The notes under the pieces are model-generated. The model saw only the letters and a program-made list of their open reading frames with translations. It had not been told where the DNA came from and did not search any database. Position numbers and translations under genes: made by a program. A stretch of DNA of 63,195 bases, the filler included, from Syncephalis fuscata S228 (taxonomy: Eukaryota > Fungi > Zoopagomycota): assembly GCA_025786725.1 (NCBI GenBank). It is 2 parts of 2 records of this genome, joined end to end, with 100 filler letters (N's around TTAATTAATTAA, not from the genome) between each part and the next. Parts side by side here need not be neighbours in the genome. Positions count along the whole stretch, not along the records: positions 1 to 31,624 come from JAHLTZ010000084.1; positions 31,725 to 63,195 come from JAHLTZ010000085.1. One strand, 5' to 3'. Each line of letters opens with the position of its first letter. The stretch's first letter is position 1. Positions 23,897 through 38,745 of this stretch are shown in pieces.

Positions 23897-26800
23897 ATGA
23901 GTCGCTTTATCAAGTTAAACAGTATAGTAAGTGGTATTCTATAGTATTCTACATAGAATCCATGTTACTCGTCAATTCATGTTTTAATAATTACATGTAT
24001 ATCTATAGACGAGTATAGGATGGACGCGTTATCAGTTAGGATCGCGTTATTTTCTCCAACAGTATAAAATACAGTTACGATCAAATTATCTGTCATCTAG
24101 TTTAAATACACGCTTATGTTCATTATATTCAACTATTAATGAAACAAATACTAGAAATAATAATGAATTGGCTTCACTTCATCAACCTTTACCACCTACC
24201 TATAATCCGGTAATTAACTCTATATAGTATGATATGCTATGTGTTGATATCAACAAACTATATTATAGAAATTAGTAGAACATGAGTTATATGATTGGTG
24301 GGAGCAACAAGGTAATAACGCAAACACATTACATGATAACATATCAACCATATTATTGTATAGGATTATTTACATCCCGTATATCATTAAAGAAACAATC
24401 GACCTTTTCAATGTTATTGCCACCACCTAATGTAACTGGATCATTACATATTGGACATGCACTAACTGCGTATATTCAAGTAATGTTAATAGCCATTAAT
24501 ATGCAATATAGTATTTATATAATATTAGGATGCGATTGTTCGATGGAAACGAATGCAAGGCGAATCTGTTCAATGGATACCTGGCACAGATCATGCCAGT
24601 ATTGCCACACAGACTGTGGTAGAGAAACGGCTATGGCAAGAACAAAAGGTATACTTAATAGACTACTAATTACATTAAATATTGAGTATGCTAGTAATCA
24701 ATACTAATCAATAGAAACGAAGAACTGATATGACACGAGATGAATTTCTATCACATGTATGGACATGGAGACAACAATGTGGTGATCGTATATTTCATCA
24801 ATTAGTAAGAGACCAGTTATTGGTATTTATTAATAGACTCATTATTTAATATTAGAAACGGGCTGGCGCTTCATTGGATTGGACCCATAGCTATTTTACA
24901 ATGGATAAGACACGCTCTGAAGCAGTTAGTGCTGCATTCTGTCGACTTTATGATGAAGGATTTATTTATAGAGATACACGACTGGTCAATTGGTGTTGTG
25001 CCCTACGCACTGTCATTTCCGATATCGAAGTGGGTACATCAATTAGTATGATGCTGTAGGACTAATACTGATAACTACTGTAGATAGAGTATGAAGAGAT
25101 TAGTGGTCGTACGCTACTAACACTGCCTAATCACGCACTGCCGTAAGTATCTATCAATTATTACAAGTGTATTATAACATATGGATGTAAACAGTGTCGA
25201 GTTTGGCGTACTACACTGGTTGGCCTATCCATTAGTAGAAAACCAGTTAGATCGTGTAGATCATGTAGATGGTGGTATAAACGAGTTAGTCGTTGGTACA
25301 ACACGTATTGAGACAGTGTTGGCCGACTGTGCTCTAGCAGTTCATCCAAACGACGAACGTTATAAGGTAAATACCATGGCTATTCATTATTATAACACAT
25401 TAATTACTATTACTATTAGAGCTATATTGGTCGAAAGGTAAAACATCCTATAACACAGCAACACATTCCAATTATTGCCGATGATCAATTAGTCGATCCT
25501 GAATTTGGTACAGGCATTGTAAAGGTAATCCATTATATTAATTTATTTATTACATTTAATACAATCTATTAATAGATCACACCTGCCCATGATCCAAATG
25601 ATTATGCCTGTGCACGTCGACATCAATTACCCATAGTCAATATATTCAATCTAGATGGCACATTAAATGAACAATGTCACATACCAGAACTAGTGGCAAG
25701 TTACCATTAACATATTTGTCTATTACATTCATTAATTCTATGGCTATTATTACTAGAATAAAAATCGATTTGAAGTAAGATCTGTACTGTTGGAACAGTA
25801 TAAACAACAAGGCTATTATCGCGGTGCTGATACACATCATGTAACACGTATTGGTCGGTGTTCACGTACAGGTGACATTATTGAACCTATGATACGACCA
25901 CAATGGCAAGTACTGGAATATCTAATAGTGATAATGAATACATACGAATATGTACATCTAACATAACTATACAGGTATATCAAATGTACAGCGATGGCTC
26001 AACAAGTATTAGATCAATTAGATCAAAAATCAAATGATCCTCAGTCATTAAATAGCCAAAATACTTATCAAATCATACCAAGTCATTATGAAGTGGAATG
26101 GCGACGATGGCTAGGCAAGTAACTATTTAGTTGGTTGTTTATAGTATTTACCAGTAACTATAGACCATATTCATGATTGGTGTGTATCTCGTCAATTATG
26201 GTGGGGACATCGTATACCTGCTTATAAAATAGTAATGCATCAAGGATCCAAGTCAAATAGCGATGAAAATAATGATGCAAAGGGTAATAGACTCTAATAA
26301 TGTTAATTATAGCTTACTAATACATTTATTAGATATTTGGGTAGTGGCCAATACACTAATAGAGGCTCAAAGTAAAGCCACTGTTAGATTAGCTGAATTA
26401 GGCCATGATATAGCAAGTATATCATTTGAACTACATCAAGTAAGTAGAACAATAGAAATATTAACAATACACTATTATTAATATTAATATTAATATTAGG
26501 ACCATGATGTACTTGATACATGGTTTTCTTCCGGACTGTTACCATTATCGGGATTAGGATGGACAGGCAACACATCTTCTATACCAGTAATTATCTATTA
26601 TTGAATGTATTTAATTATAATAACGACATTCATATGATTAATTATTAGAATAAATATCCATTAAATTTAATGGAAACGGGTAGCGATATTCTATTCTTTT
26701 GGGTAGCTCGAATGGCCATGTTATGTACCCATTTAACAGGTGGTGTATTTCCCTTTAATGTCATTACTCTCCATCCCATGGTAAGTATAGTATCTAGTTA

Positions 26801-28572
26801 CGATTCAATACTAATTAAATGTTATGACTATTAATGATAGGTACGAGATGCACAAGGCCGTAAAATGTCCAAATCACTTGGTAATGTTATTGATCCATTA
26901 CATGTTATTGATGGACAATCATGGCAACAATTAAAAACAAGTATTGAACAAGGCAATCTACCCGAAAAAGAAAAGAAAAGGTACTGGTTATGGTTAATAT
27001 ATTTTAATAATTACTTATTTATATAATAATGTATTATGGTAGGAGTATTGGTATGATGAAACAACAATTTCCTAATGGTATTCCAGCCTGTGGATCAGAT
27101 GCACTTCGACTCTCATTACTACTAGCCACACAACAAGTATGTTCATTCTTATTACTCTATTTATTAGTTAGATGATTAAGACTAATTTGTATTTGTTATC
27201 GATTAATAGACACGGCAGATTAATATGGATATTAATAATGTGATATCTGCAAGTCATTTTGCCAACAAATTATGGAATCTTACTAAATTAACACTATCAC
27301 GACTTGACCTTTTATTAGATGATCATCATACTAACTCAGTCGATGTCATTGACTATCAACAAAGAGTTCAAACAAATGGACACTCTTTATTAAGCCAATA
27401 TATATTGTCACGTCTAGCTCATACTACGACATTGGTTGACAATTCGTTAAAACAACTGAATCTTTCAGATGCTACAGATGCTATAAAGCGGTTTATACTC
27501 GATGATCTATGTGACACGTTTGTAGAATATATAAAGCCTACACTCTATCATAAAGATCCACAGGTAAATGGATCAATTATGAATATTAATTTATTAATTG
27601 CTCATCTATGGAGCAATAGATACAATGGACCGAACTATCCACCCTACTCTATACACTTGAAGTGTCACTTCGTCTACTGCATCCTATGATGCCATTTATT
27701 ACCGAAGTAAGTATTTAATCTGGTAGATCAATAGACCATTAACAATATTAATATGTATAGCGATTATGGCAACAATTACAATACCGACTCCATCCACAAT
27801 CTATATCATCTATTATGATAGCACCTTATCCAAATCCAATAGACTTTTTATTATTTGCTAACAAGCATGCCGAACATGATCTACAGGTAACATTAATCCA
27901 ATAGTTATAATAGCCATACTTAATGTTATTACTAGTTAATACGCAGTGTTGTCCACGCATCACGTTCACTACGACAAACACATTTTATTTCAATATCTGA
28001 ACCACTACCATTTATGGTGTGGATGCCAGAAATGACCTCTAGTCATCCATTAACTAAAAACCATATAGCTATACAAAACTTTATTAATGCCCCATCACTC
28101 TCCCTTATATCGAATGAGGTAAATAACTATAATAGTAACTATCCAACATACTAATATATATGTATATATATGTATATGTATATGTATATGTATATGATAT
28201 AGATGCTATGTAATAATGAAGCGTTAAAGACCCAATTACATCAACAATCAGTAGTAGCATCTATAAGAGCAGATCTAAAGGTGTACCTACCTGTAACATC
28301 TATTCCGGATCGATTACGAGTTATTAGTCAATTTGAACAGAAACTTGGCAAAATACATAGAGAATTAGGTAAAATTGAAATGAGAATGAATAAATTAGAA
28401 TACACAACCCGTGTACCACTCTCCATTAGAGAAACCGACGAGTAAGTACTATGTTATAACTAATCATCATTATAATTTATATATGTATAATAGACAACAA
28501 TTAAAGCTACTCAAAGTACAACAACACGATCTAGATCATAGTATCCGACTATTACAGCAATCTAATGAATGA
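23897..28572 (+). CDS. Valyl-tRNA synthetase, probably mitochondrial, about 25 introns
   Basis: [15 protein letters not shown] (HIGH), [46 protein letters not shown]-terminal coiled coil. The N-terminus is R/S/L-rich and acid-poor. Confidence 0.95.
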
Positions 28573-28598
28573 TTACCGTAATAACAACACGCCTACTA

Positions 28599-31500
28599 CT
28601 ATCCATAAATACTTCTAGCCAGTAATGATTGTCTTCTTCTAATAGCTGTGGCATTAGCATTAGTATCTACGCCACCACCACTACCAGTCTTAGTAGTGGT
28701 AGTAGTAGTAGATGAATTCAATTTCATTTTACTACTCGATGGATGTTTATCCGATACCGTGAGTGGTGTGGGTGCTGTTGATGCCACCGATACTATAGAT
28801 GATGAAGACATGGGTACAGGCCCTGATGTAGATACATTACTAGTTACTACTTGTGGTACCACTTTCTATTAAGATGATGATGATGATCATGATCATGATC
28901 ATGATTAATAAAGTGATCTATATATATATGTATGTATATACTGGTTATTACCGTTTCAATAGTGCATACATGACCACAACCTGTAGGACATTCCAAGTTC
29001 TCTTGAACCATGTATACATATGCTTTAAATGGCCACCATGTCCACAGCCTTGACACCAAGCATATAATCCTTTAACCGTTTGATGACTAGTTCATTATAT
29101 TAGTGTATTCCTATTACTGTATTTATAGATGTCCTACCAAAGTGAACACGGATTAACAGGACGACGACATCGATCACAGGCCCAATTAGCACCATGAGGA
29201 TTATTCAATGGCCTAAAACAGTTATTACAAGTAGTATGGATGACGGTGGCCTCCTAGTTAAATACAAGCTATGAATACAAATACTTGGTGTCACAAGTCA
29301 TTTACTTGATTAATACTTGATATCTCTTCTAATCGACAATTATTCATAACCGCCGATGCAGTTGACCATAATTTAAATCGATGTAATAATTCTACCATAG
29401 ATACATCAGTAATCAATATAACCATTAATAATAATAATAATAATAATAGTTACCGATATAGGCTGTGAACCAATGTTTAGCAATGGCTGGCCATATAGCT
29501 AATTGTTGATCCAATACGAGTAATATAGTAGTGCACATTTGTACATCCCCCTATACATAGTCTGGTTAATAGATAGGCTATATAATAAATAATGACCCAC
29601 TTGTTCACCGTAGTAGTATAGTATTTCTAGTAACATTTGTTGTGGATTCCATGATTCACTCCACGGTACCACATCAGGATCAGGATAGGATAGATGAGCC
29701 ATAATCCCTAATGACTGAGGATAGTGACCAGTAGATCCAATGAATGAAGAGGATCGATGTGATTCTTGACTTGTATTACCACGTCGTTCCCATCCTTTTG
29801 ATGTTGGATCAATGTACTAAGTGATGGTCTTATAGCACACCCGTCATAGAATTACTATTAGTATTAGTGTTGTTGTTGTTGCTGTTACTGTTAGTAGTGG
29901 TGGTGGTGATGGATTGAGTTGGTTTGGGTGGTTGAGGGGGTTGTGAGAAGAGTAGTTGTAGTACACGCCAGGTTTGAGCGTACGTCCATGACCGGCTTGA
30001 GCAGCTACGCGAGCATTACGGGCACACGATGCCCATATATCCTCACCACTAGCAATACTATACTGACGGGCCATCATACAAAAGGCTGATATCAAGGGTG
30101 GCATATTAACAATACCTGCTGGTTGATGTGATTTATACTAAATAGAATTATTAGTTTAATTAACAAGTGGATTGGTCAGTAACTTACCTCGTTACCGATG
30201 GTAGTGTCACCAGAAGTGGAGGTGGTTTTATTAGTATTGACAGCAGTAGTGGATGTATTATATCATTGGTGGTGGTGGTAATGATGATGATGATGACCCG
30301 GCAGCAGCGGCCACAGCAGCAGCAGCAGGTGTAGGTATATTCGTATTATGGCTACTATTATTACTAGGCTAGGACCACTGATAGAATTACGTGTCTGTCT
30401 ACTGTACGTCTTAATGCCGATAACATAAATGTAGTAGGTGGTCGATATCTATTAATTATACCATTAGTATGATTATATTAATAATGAATAGATTGTATTT
30501 AATTACACTTCATTCTCTATTGATTTATCCTCAGCAGCAAATATATATCGTTATAGGCATTCCAACTATGTGCAGTTACAGTAATTAAATCAAGTGGTCG
30601 ATGAAAGGCCGATACATGATGTCGCATAAAGTGTTTGTCCTTTGAACATGACCATATGACACCCGGATCCTGCCATTTAAATCCTACAATTAATAGTCAA
30701 TAACCACTATACAAATAATATATACATATACGTATACGTATATATATATATATATATATAATAACTTACCGAGTGGCTACATTATCGTGTTCTTCAATAT
30801 AGTATTTGGCGAGAAAGGGTCGCCGTACATCCCATACATGTATACGGTAATCTGATAATAGAGCACATGATGCCACTTCATATTCTCTACCAGGTCTCCA
30901 CTGTACTCGAGCAACACTCGTCATGGTTTGTATAACATGAAGTGGTTTACGTCCATCAGATTTCATATCCCACACCTATCATTATTTAGTTATTTAATTA
31001 TTTAGTTACTTATAGTTTACAAATTACCTTTATAAATTTATCTCTACCACCAGTGGCCAATGTACGACCATCAGAGTGCCAGTCAACAGTCAATGCTAAT
31101 CCATAATGAGCATTAAGTTTACGTTCATAAATATTAGGCTTTCTTAAATCCCATTTCTAATAATATATTATTATTAATTAAATTGATTCAGTATCTATTC
31201 GTTTATCTACTTACTTGAATGGTGCCTGTCTCAAATGCCGCGGCTAATTCGTGTATATTGACTGGATTGAACTGTACATCTCTTACACTTTCTGATTTAC
31301 CATCAAGTACCAGTTTGGCGGTTTAGCCTCTCGTAAATCCTATAGATATAGATATAGATATAGATGTATATATATTGTCATTGATAAGATATAGCACTAT
31401 ATGTTAAATGACTTGCCCATAACCGCATTGTACCATCCTGAGAAGCACTAAGTAATAGACCACTGCCTGGTGGTCCACCACATATCCTATTGACTGCTCG

Positions 31501-31624
31501 AGCATGTTCTGATATCACTCGTTCTATAAGTAAATTGATTAGAATTAACTATATCCTATTACAATAGATATACTATATATATAGTATATAGTATAGCAAT
31601 GTATTACCTTGTAGTTTTGACGGA
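28599..31624 (-). CDS. WDR24: WDR24/RTC1(Sea2)-like GATOR2/SEA subunit, 5' end cut by the gap
   Basis: WD40 motifs ([44 protein letters not shown]) and a C-terminal RING ([22 protein letters not shown]). It contains apparent 1-nt frameshifts. Confidence 0.88.
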
Positions 31625-31724
31625 NNNNNNNNNNNNNNNNNNNNNNNNNNNNNNNNNNNNNNNNNNNNTTAATTAATTAANNNNNNNNNNNNNNNNNNNN
31701 NNNNNNNNNNNNNNNNNNNNNNNN
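31625..31724. other. Artificial contig spacer N44-TTAATTAATTAA-N44
   Basis: Exactly 100 nt with a central six-frame stop linker. Confidence 0.95.
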
Positions 31725-34700
31725 AGCTGTGTTGCATTTACGCTACATAAAGCCTTACCATTAACACGTAATATTTATAAACATTGTAAAACAACGTTAT
31801 TTGTTGTTATTTAAAACAAAAATGGCTATCATAAAAATATAATATTTTATTCTGATAGCTATTGCCACAGTAAAAATGTCTTATTATAATATATAATACC
31901 TTAAAATACCGATAGAATGTCATTTTACAAATTTAATCATAAAAGCATTGCTCCAATACCATTACAGTATTTAACAGTACCAAAAGATAATCATAGTATA
32001 GTTGGTCAGTAAAATGCAATGAAATGTAAATTAATGGTGATAACTTAATTAATAAAGCGTTACTAAATCTATATACAACTTTACTAAAAATGAATCAAAT
32101 TGCTTGATATTTTGTACAAGCATGCATATAGCATACATGGAACTATCGACAAAATATATTGCAATTGCATTGCTTTATGGGACAATGAGTGTGCTAATGC
32201 GTTAATAAATGTGCAAAATAGCAGGCTTTTACTGTTTATGGCTTGTATAACTAAAATATAGCAAAACGATTGCCGGATTCAAGTTCTCCATGCTTAAATA
32301 AACCGTTTATTATGGCTTGTAAAATAATGATTTTTGCAACAAAAGTTGGCCAAAAATACGATTTATGCGATATAAACTAACGAAGCTTTACGTTATACAT
32401 ATGTGTATACGACATAAATTGTCATTGTATATCAGTATTTCTGCATAATAGCAAGCCATTATGCTCGCTTTAGCGCTTTAGAGCGCTTGGATTTATCTTA
32501 TACCAAATTTCGTTTAATATTGAGATTTTAAATCATAAGTTTAGTTGCTTTTTTGTTAGCTATTTACACGTAAATTGTTTTTTGGCTAACATTTATTGCA
32601 AAAATCGCTGTTCTATATTTTATACCAGACGCAGCACCTAAACATAAAAAACTTGAATCCGGCAATCGTTTTGCTATATTTTAGTTATACAAGCCATAAA
32701 CAGTAAAAGCCTGCTATTTTGCACATTTATTAACGCATTAGCACACTCATTGTCCCATAAAGCAATACAATTGCAATATATTTTGTCGATAGCTCCATGT
32801 ATGCTATATGCATGCTTGTACAAAATGTCAAGCAATCAGTCTCATTTTACGCAAAATCATAAATAATCTTAGTAACGCTTATTAATTAATTAATTATTAG
32901 CTCCGCTATTGTCTTTTACCATCTAATTACACTAGAATCACTTTTTAATATTGCTGCATAATTTCACAGCATCCAATCAGCATTTTCGTTTTTAAACTTA
33001 TAAATAGCGTTTTATTAGCATTTTAAGCTAATACAAGTAAAGATATTACGTTTTTACAATGCCATATTCTTACATTCCAATATTATGGCCATACTGCTGT
33101 GCTAGCACGCCTAAAAAACTATCATATTATCAAAAACAATCACAGGTGAACAATTACAATAATAATATCTATCTATCTATCAAATGTCAACACTAATTAC
33201 TAACAAAAAACAACTATTGCAAAGATATGACGCCTAAATACTTGTCGTTATAATAGTGTTATTATTTTAATAGCAATAGTAGTAATCTACATTGCCATTG
33301 TTGGTGTGATAGGTGAATCTGGCTGCCAAATCAGTAAATTATTTGGTTTGGCAGCTGGCCGTTACCGACTGGTTGGGTTTGTGGTGGGGGGGGGTTTAGT
33401 CAGGCAAAGATTAAAGCTCCAATATTTGACTTTAATGTTTTTGTTAGCTCTTTGCTTATAACAATGAACAGCTGTTTGATAGCTTTATTTAGATAATAAA
33501 TAATTTATAGTTGAATTGTTAGTTGTTATTACTTAATTTAACCTCTTATTGAGGTTCGCCATATTGACTACATTTGATGCAACAAACAAGACTGATGGCT
33601 ACAGCTGCAAGATTTGACGCCATACGGTGACAATAGTGTTACTTCTTGTTATTCCGTAACTTTTGCTTAGTGGTGAATTCTATGTACTGTTGCTTCTATT
33701 TTGACGTGCAAAAAATTTCACACGTTTACCATTCTGCATGTGCTGATATGCGCGACATTTACAACCAAAATAGCATGCATGAAATAGTGATGTCCATACT
33801 TCTTGGCAGTTTTACAGTACCATGTGATTGATAAGACGGAAGACTAAGTGTAAACATCACGTAAAATTAGTAACGTGTTTAATTGTATTTTATAATACCA
33901 ATTTAACCAATATAATACTTATTGGCTTATAAATAAAATCAATATTTATTCAGCACAGGCCATCAGCTTAGACTTGTTATTAGTGTTAACGTGGAGCAAC
34001 AGCCAAAAGCAGTAGACACGCTTGCATTTTGCATATGTTATGCATTGATGCACGTCAAATATTGTGCAGAAAACCTGTATTGCATACTATATTTTTTGTA
34101 AAGCTATTGATATACAACCCAGTATTTACATGGCAAAAATAAACATGTATCAGCCTGTCTTTCGACTTAAAGGATCTAGTTTCAAGTACGACCGACGCGT
34201 GAATGGTTGACGTACAATTCAACGTGAAACAGTATATTTTACCGTGACAGCACCCATGTGACTTAATCCATGCATAATCTACTGCTGGTGGTCATTGGCT
34301 TATGTCGGCTGGTAGCTGCAGAGTATCGCTATCGTATAGCAAGTTATTTATGGAACAAAGCTGCACGCAATGCATGTGAGGATTTTCTGCTACAAAGGCA
34401 TTATAGTAAGCGACAATTGTTTCACAAGGCGACTTAATCGCGAACGAACCATTGCAAGGTCTAACTGTACATGGCTGTCGTACCGAATAGAATGCTACAT
34501 TGGCCGAATTATGCACGACTGTATTTTTTACCACAATGAGTGGTTCCGTATTATGCACAGTTTATTGCTTTCGTGTAAATACCGTTTTCCGAGTTGGACT
34601 ATGGCCAGTCGATTAGTATAAAAGATGTGTTGGACGACGACGTTCTACTCCACAATATCATCACATAAGCTACCAACTGCTCTCTAGCACACTCACTCAG

Positions 34701-34789
34701 TTCTGCACTTAGTTGTTATACTAATCGTTTATATATTTGTTCGGTATCTATTGCACAATACTTTTGGCATTATAAATATTATTTTCAGT

Positions 34790-35710
34790 ATGCGTGCTTA
34801 TTCTTCTTTGACTTTTGCCTGCTTCTTGGTCGCTGCGCTGGCCCGCATCGATACAACAGCCGCTCTGCCAACCTACAACAGCTATGGAGCTCCCGCAACA
34901 TACACTACACCAATGGCTAATCACCAACGACCAGAATTTGGCCATGGACGTGAAATGAACAACCGTGACCACGAGCGTTATGGCAAGCCAGCTTATGGTG
35001 GCCGTCGCCCTGAGGACTGTGACGACGATCACAAGCCAGCATATATTACCAAGCGTGGCTACAACGACTACTCGGCCAAGCCAGCCGGTGGACGTGACCA
35101 CGACCGCGACTACGACAACCACGGCAAGCCAGGCATGGGTCACGGCAACGACCACCATGACAAACCAGCTCACGGTGGCCGTCGTCCTGAAGACTGCGAT
35201 GATGAGCACAAGCCAGTGTATGTCACCAAGCGTGGCTACAACGACTACTCGGCCAAGCCAGCTCATGGCAATCGTCCTGAAGACTGCGATGACGAGCATA
35301 GTCAAAAGCCAGCTGGTGGCCACGACCACGGCCGCGACTACGACAACCACAGCAAGCCAGGCATGGGTCACGGCAACGATCACCACGACAAACCAGCTCA
35401 CGGTGGCCGTCGTCCCGAAGACTGCGATGATGAGCACAAGCCAGTGTATGTCACCAAGCGTGGCTACAACGACTACTCAGCCAAGCCGGCCGGTGGTCGT
35501 GACCACGACCGCGACTACGGCAACCACGGCAAACCAGGCATGGGCCAAGGCAACGACCACCACGACAAACCAGCTCACGGTGGTCGTCGTCCCGAAGACT
35601 GCGATGATGAGCACAAACCCATCCCAGCTCCATACATTCCACCACGCAGGTAAGTTATTTTTATTCCAAATACATTTTTACTAATATATTTCTCGATTAG
35701 TGCATACTAA
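34790..35710 (+). CDS. Secreted His/Asp-rich Kex2-processed repeat protein, copy 1 (289 aa)
   Basis: Signal peptide MRAYSSLTFACFLVAALA..., three TKR|GYNDYSAKP sites, RPEDCDD(D/E)H x5. Intron 35650-35700 gives the end PPRSAY*. Likely 5'UTR intron at 34744-34788. Confidence 0.9.
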
Positions 35711-38700
35711 ATAACTGCTAAACTTTAGTTTGTTGGCATTCAATTGGTGGATATATAGACGTCCAATCTTTATACTTAAAGATTAGCTCAATGTTTTCAC
35801 ATTGCTTACAAAAATAAAACAGCTTTAATTAAAACAACAACTTGGTTTACTTGTCTTTACAGTATTAAAATGTGGTATTTTTTAATAAATTACAATGACA
35901 CTACAAATACGATAGTAATTATAAGCATATACAAGTGCGCAAAATATAAGTTAAAAGATTATATATATTATTAATAATAAAAAGCAATCAGCTGCGTAGC
36001 TATTTTTGCATAAGTATAAAGTAACGCCTGAATATAGTAAAATTTGTGTAGTTATGGCTCTTGAACGTAAGCAAATTAAATAATTTGTCCATATTTGGTA
36101 ATCATAAACCACTAATTTTTTCCACGTTCAATGACCATAAAATATATTTTGAAATTGGGCAGTACACGACATTAGAGTCTAAATAATCACTATCATAGAT
36201 TTATTATCCAGCACGCATATATCCTCTACCCACATATATCATTTTATTGCATAATTTTATGATCTACTGGCCACATTTATTCATTATATTACAACACAAT
36301 TTGCCTATTCTATCCATTAAGTCGTGGGTGTTATAGCTTTGCTTCCGTTATTCATAGACATTTTATTACGCTTTTATTTTAATATATGCTATGCTTAAAA
36401 AAATTATATTTAAACTTGTTTTTTATTCTATTTTTACTTTATTATCAGCAAACTGCAATTTATTTTGCTCACGCATATATGTATTATAGTTTCAACAATA
36501 CAGTTTGTATTTTTTTATTTTATGTTTATTTTAAACTGTATTACTTTATTGTACATTAATTACACACTATCCACTAAGTTTCTTAATAGATATTTTTATA
36601 AGTTGTAAGTGAAACTGAATGGCGGTCAAATATGCATCAATTATATATTATATATCATGTGTAGTTAGTGATTTGATACTGACAAACAGCAAATGATATT
36701 ATACATCAGCTAATTATAAAATAATCACATACTATTGCTGAACGTGTTAATAAAATTTTATATTAATGAACATAATGCATGCTATATTTTATTCAGCATT
36801 ATTTTACACCACGTGTATACTGCAAATGTAAAATTTATGTAATCATTATGCATTTATATCACGTAGGCATAAAATTATGTTGAATATTTGGTAATACTTT
36901 GTAGTTAATGTGCAACTTTGTTTAAAACGTCATTAACTTTACAAAAATGCTAGTCGTACATAGTTGCGTGCTAAATTGGCATGCTTTTTTAAATAAAACT
37001 CAAAGATGAAAATAGCTGTAATACTGATTTACATGCATAAAAATAGCACATTTTAAAGCTATCGTCTTGATTTCAATCTTTAATAAGCATGTGCGGTTAT
37101 TGGTAATATGCATGCCACAGAATTCATTAGTATAAATTAAAAATCATTGGGGCAGTATAAAGTAGATCAACTTTATATAATATATCGGCCAATTTCTTAA
37201 GACTTTATTCGTATTCAACTACCTTTCGTTCGTAGCATCTATTTTTTCGGCTGTTTCAAGACCAATAACTACTGCTTCCTAAAGCCAATTATTAGTAATT
37301 TAAATTAACATTTATCATTTAAGCTTAGTTGTAGTGATGAATTATTACAATAGATTATACATAAATGTACCGCAAGTGCTGGATTTAATAGTGCTTTCAG
37401 ACTAGTTAACCAGCCAACACGGCATGCTATCACACCAGCATCTTACTGGCACTGCCTACCATAATAGATCAGTTCCAAAACTTGAGCATTATAGCTATAC
37501 GTTTATGGACGAGTAATTTTAAAGTCAAGCTGGTCATACTATAGATTAAACAATAATAGATATAATATAATGGTAGTTAATTTATTTATGTTTAATATCA
37601 TAGCATCCATTCATTGCAATATTCAGCTATAATTTACAATCTATTAGATGACAAATAAACCAAATCTCATAGCACAAACCAAATATTGCTCAAAATACAG
37701 TTCAAAATAATTACTTTAATTTTATACAAATATTGTTATTATTATTATTAAACTTTATCTCATTGTGTTAATTTAAATATCCAGCTAGGATTAAGATATA
37801 TCTAATTAAGTAATTAGATTATTAGTTTTAATAATTATTTTAACAATACATTATTTTTATTAATACCAGCTACTACTATAGCCTCATCCTCCATATTAAT
37901 TGGCCGCTTTAATAACGGTGCATAGGCAGTGGCCATGTCTAAGCATTTATTTATTCGCATATTTTATACATTCTAAATTATCCATTATTATAGTTGCTAT
38001 GAACCTGCTGCGTATAAATACAATCTTTTGGTACAAAATATTGATTACAAGGGTCATTGCTAACAGCTTAAATTGCCGCTTGTTTACTAACATTGGGTCT
38101 TGAAAAGATAATAATAATTTATAACACCCACGACTTAATGGATAGAATAGGCAAATTGTGTTGTAATATAATGAATAAATGTGGCCAGTAGATCATAAAA
38201 TTATGCAATAAAATGATATATGTGGGTAGAGGATATATGCGTGCTGGATAATAAATCTATGATAGTGATTATTTAGACTCTAATGTCGTGTACTGCCCAA
38301 TTTCAAAATATATTTTATGGTCATTGAACGTGGAAAAATTTAGTGGTTTATGATTACCAAATATGGACAAATTATTTAATTTTCTTACGTTCAAGAGCCA
38401 TAACTACACAAATTTTACTATATTCAGGCGTTACTTTATACTTATGCAAAAATAGCTACGCAGCTGATTGCTTTTTATTATTAATAATATATATAATCTT
38501 TTAACTTATATTTTGCGCACTTGTATATGCTTATAATTACTATCGTATTTGTAGTGTCATTGTAATTTATTAAAAAAATACCACATTTTAATACTGTAAA
38601 GACAAGTAAACCAAGTTGTTGTTTTAATTAAAGCTGTTTTATTTTTGTAAGCAATGTGAAAACATTGAGCTAATCTTTAAGTATAAAGATTGGACGTCTA

Positions 38701-38745
38701 TATATCCACCAATTGAATGCCAACAAACTAAAGTTTAGCAGTTAT

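Noticed and set aside
23526-31370. Microsatellites (TA)n, (GATG)n, (TATATG)n, (CATGAT)n, (TATAGA)n
   Set aside because: Ordinary intronic/intergenic simple repeats.
31669-31680. TTAATTAATTAA as a biological motif, and linkage across it
   Set aside because: Artificial linker; adjacency of the two sides is unproven.
34748-35684. Thr-rich (239 aa) and Val-rich antisense (229 aa) ORFs in each amplicon arm
   Set aside because: Shadows of the codon-biased repeat gene.
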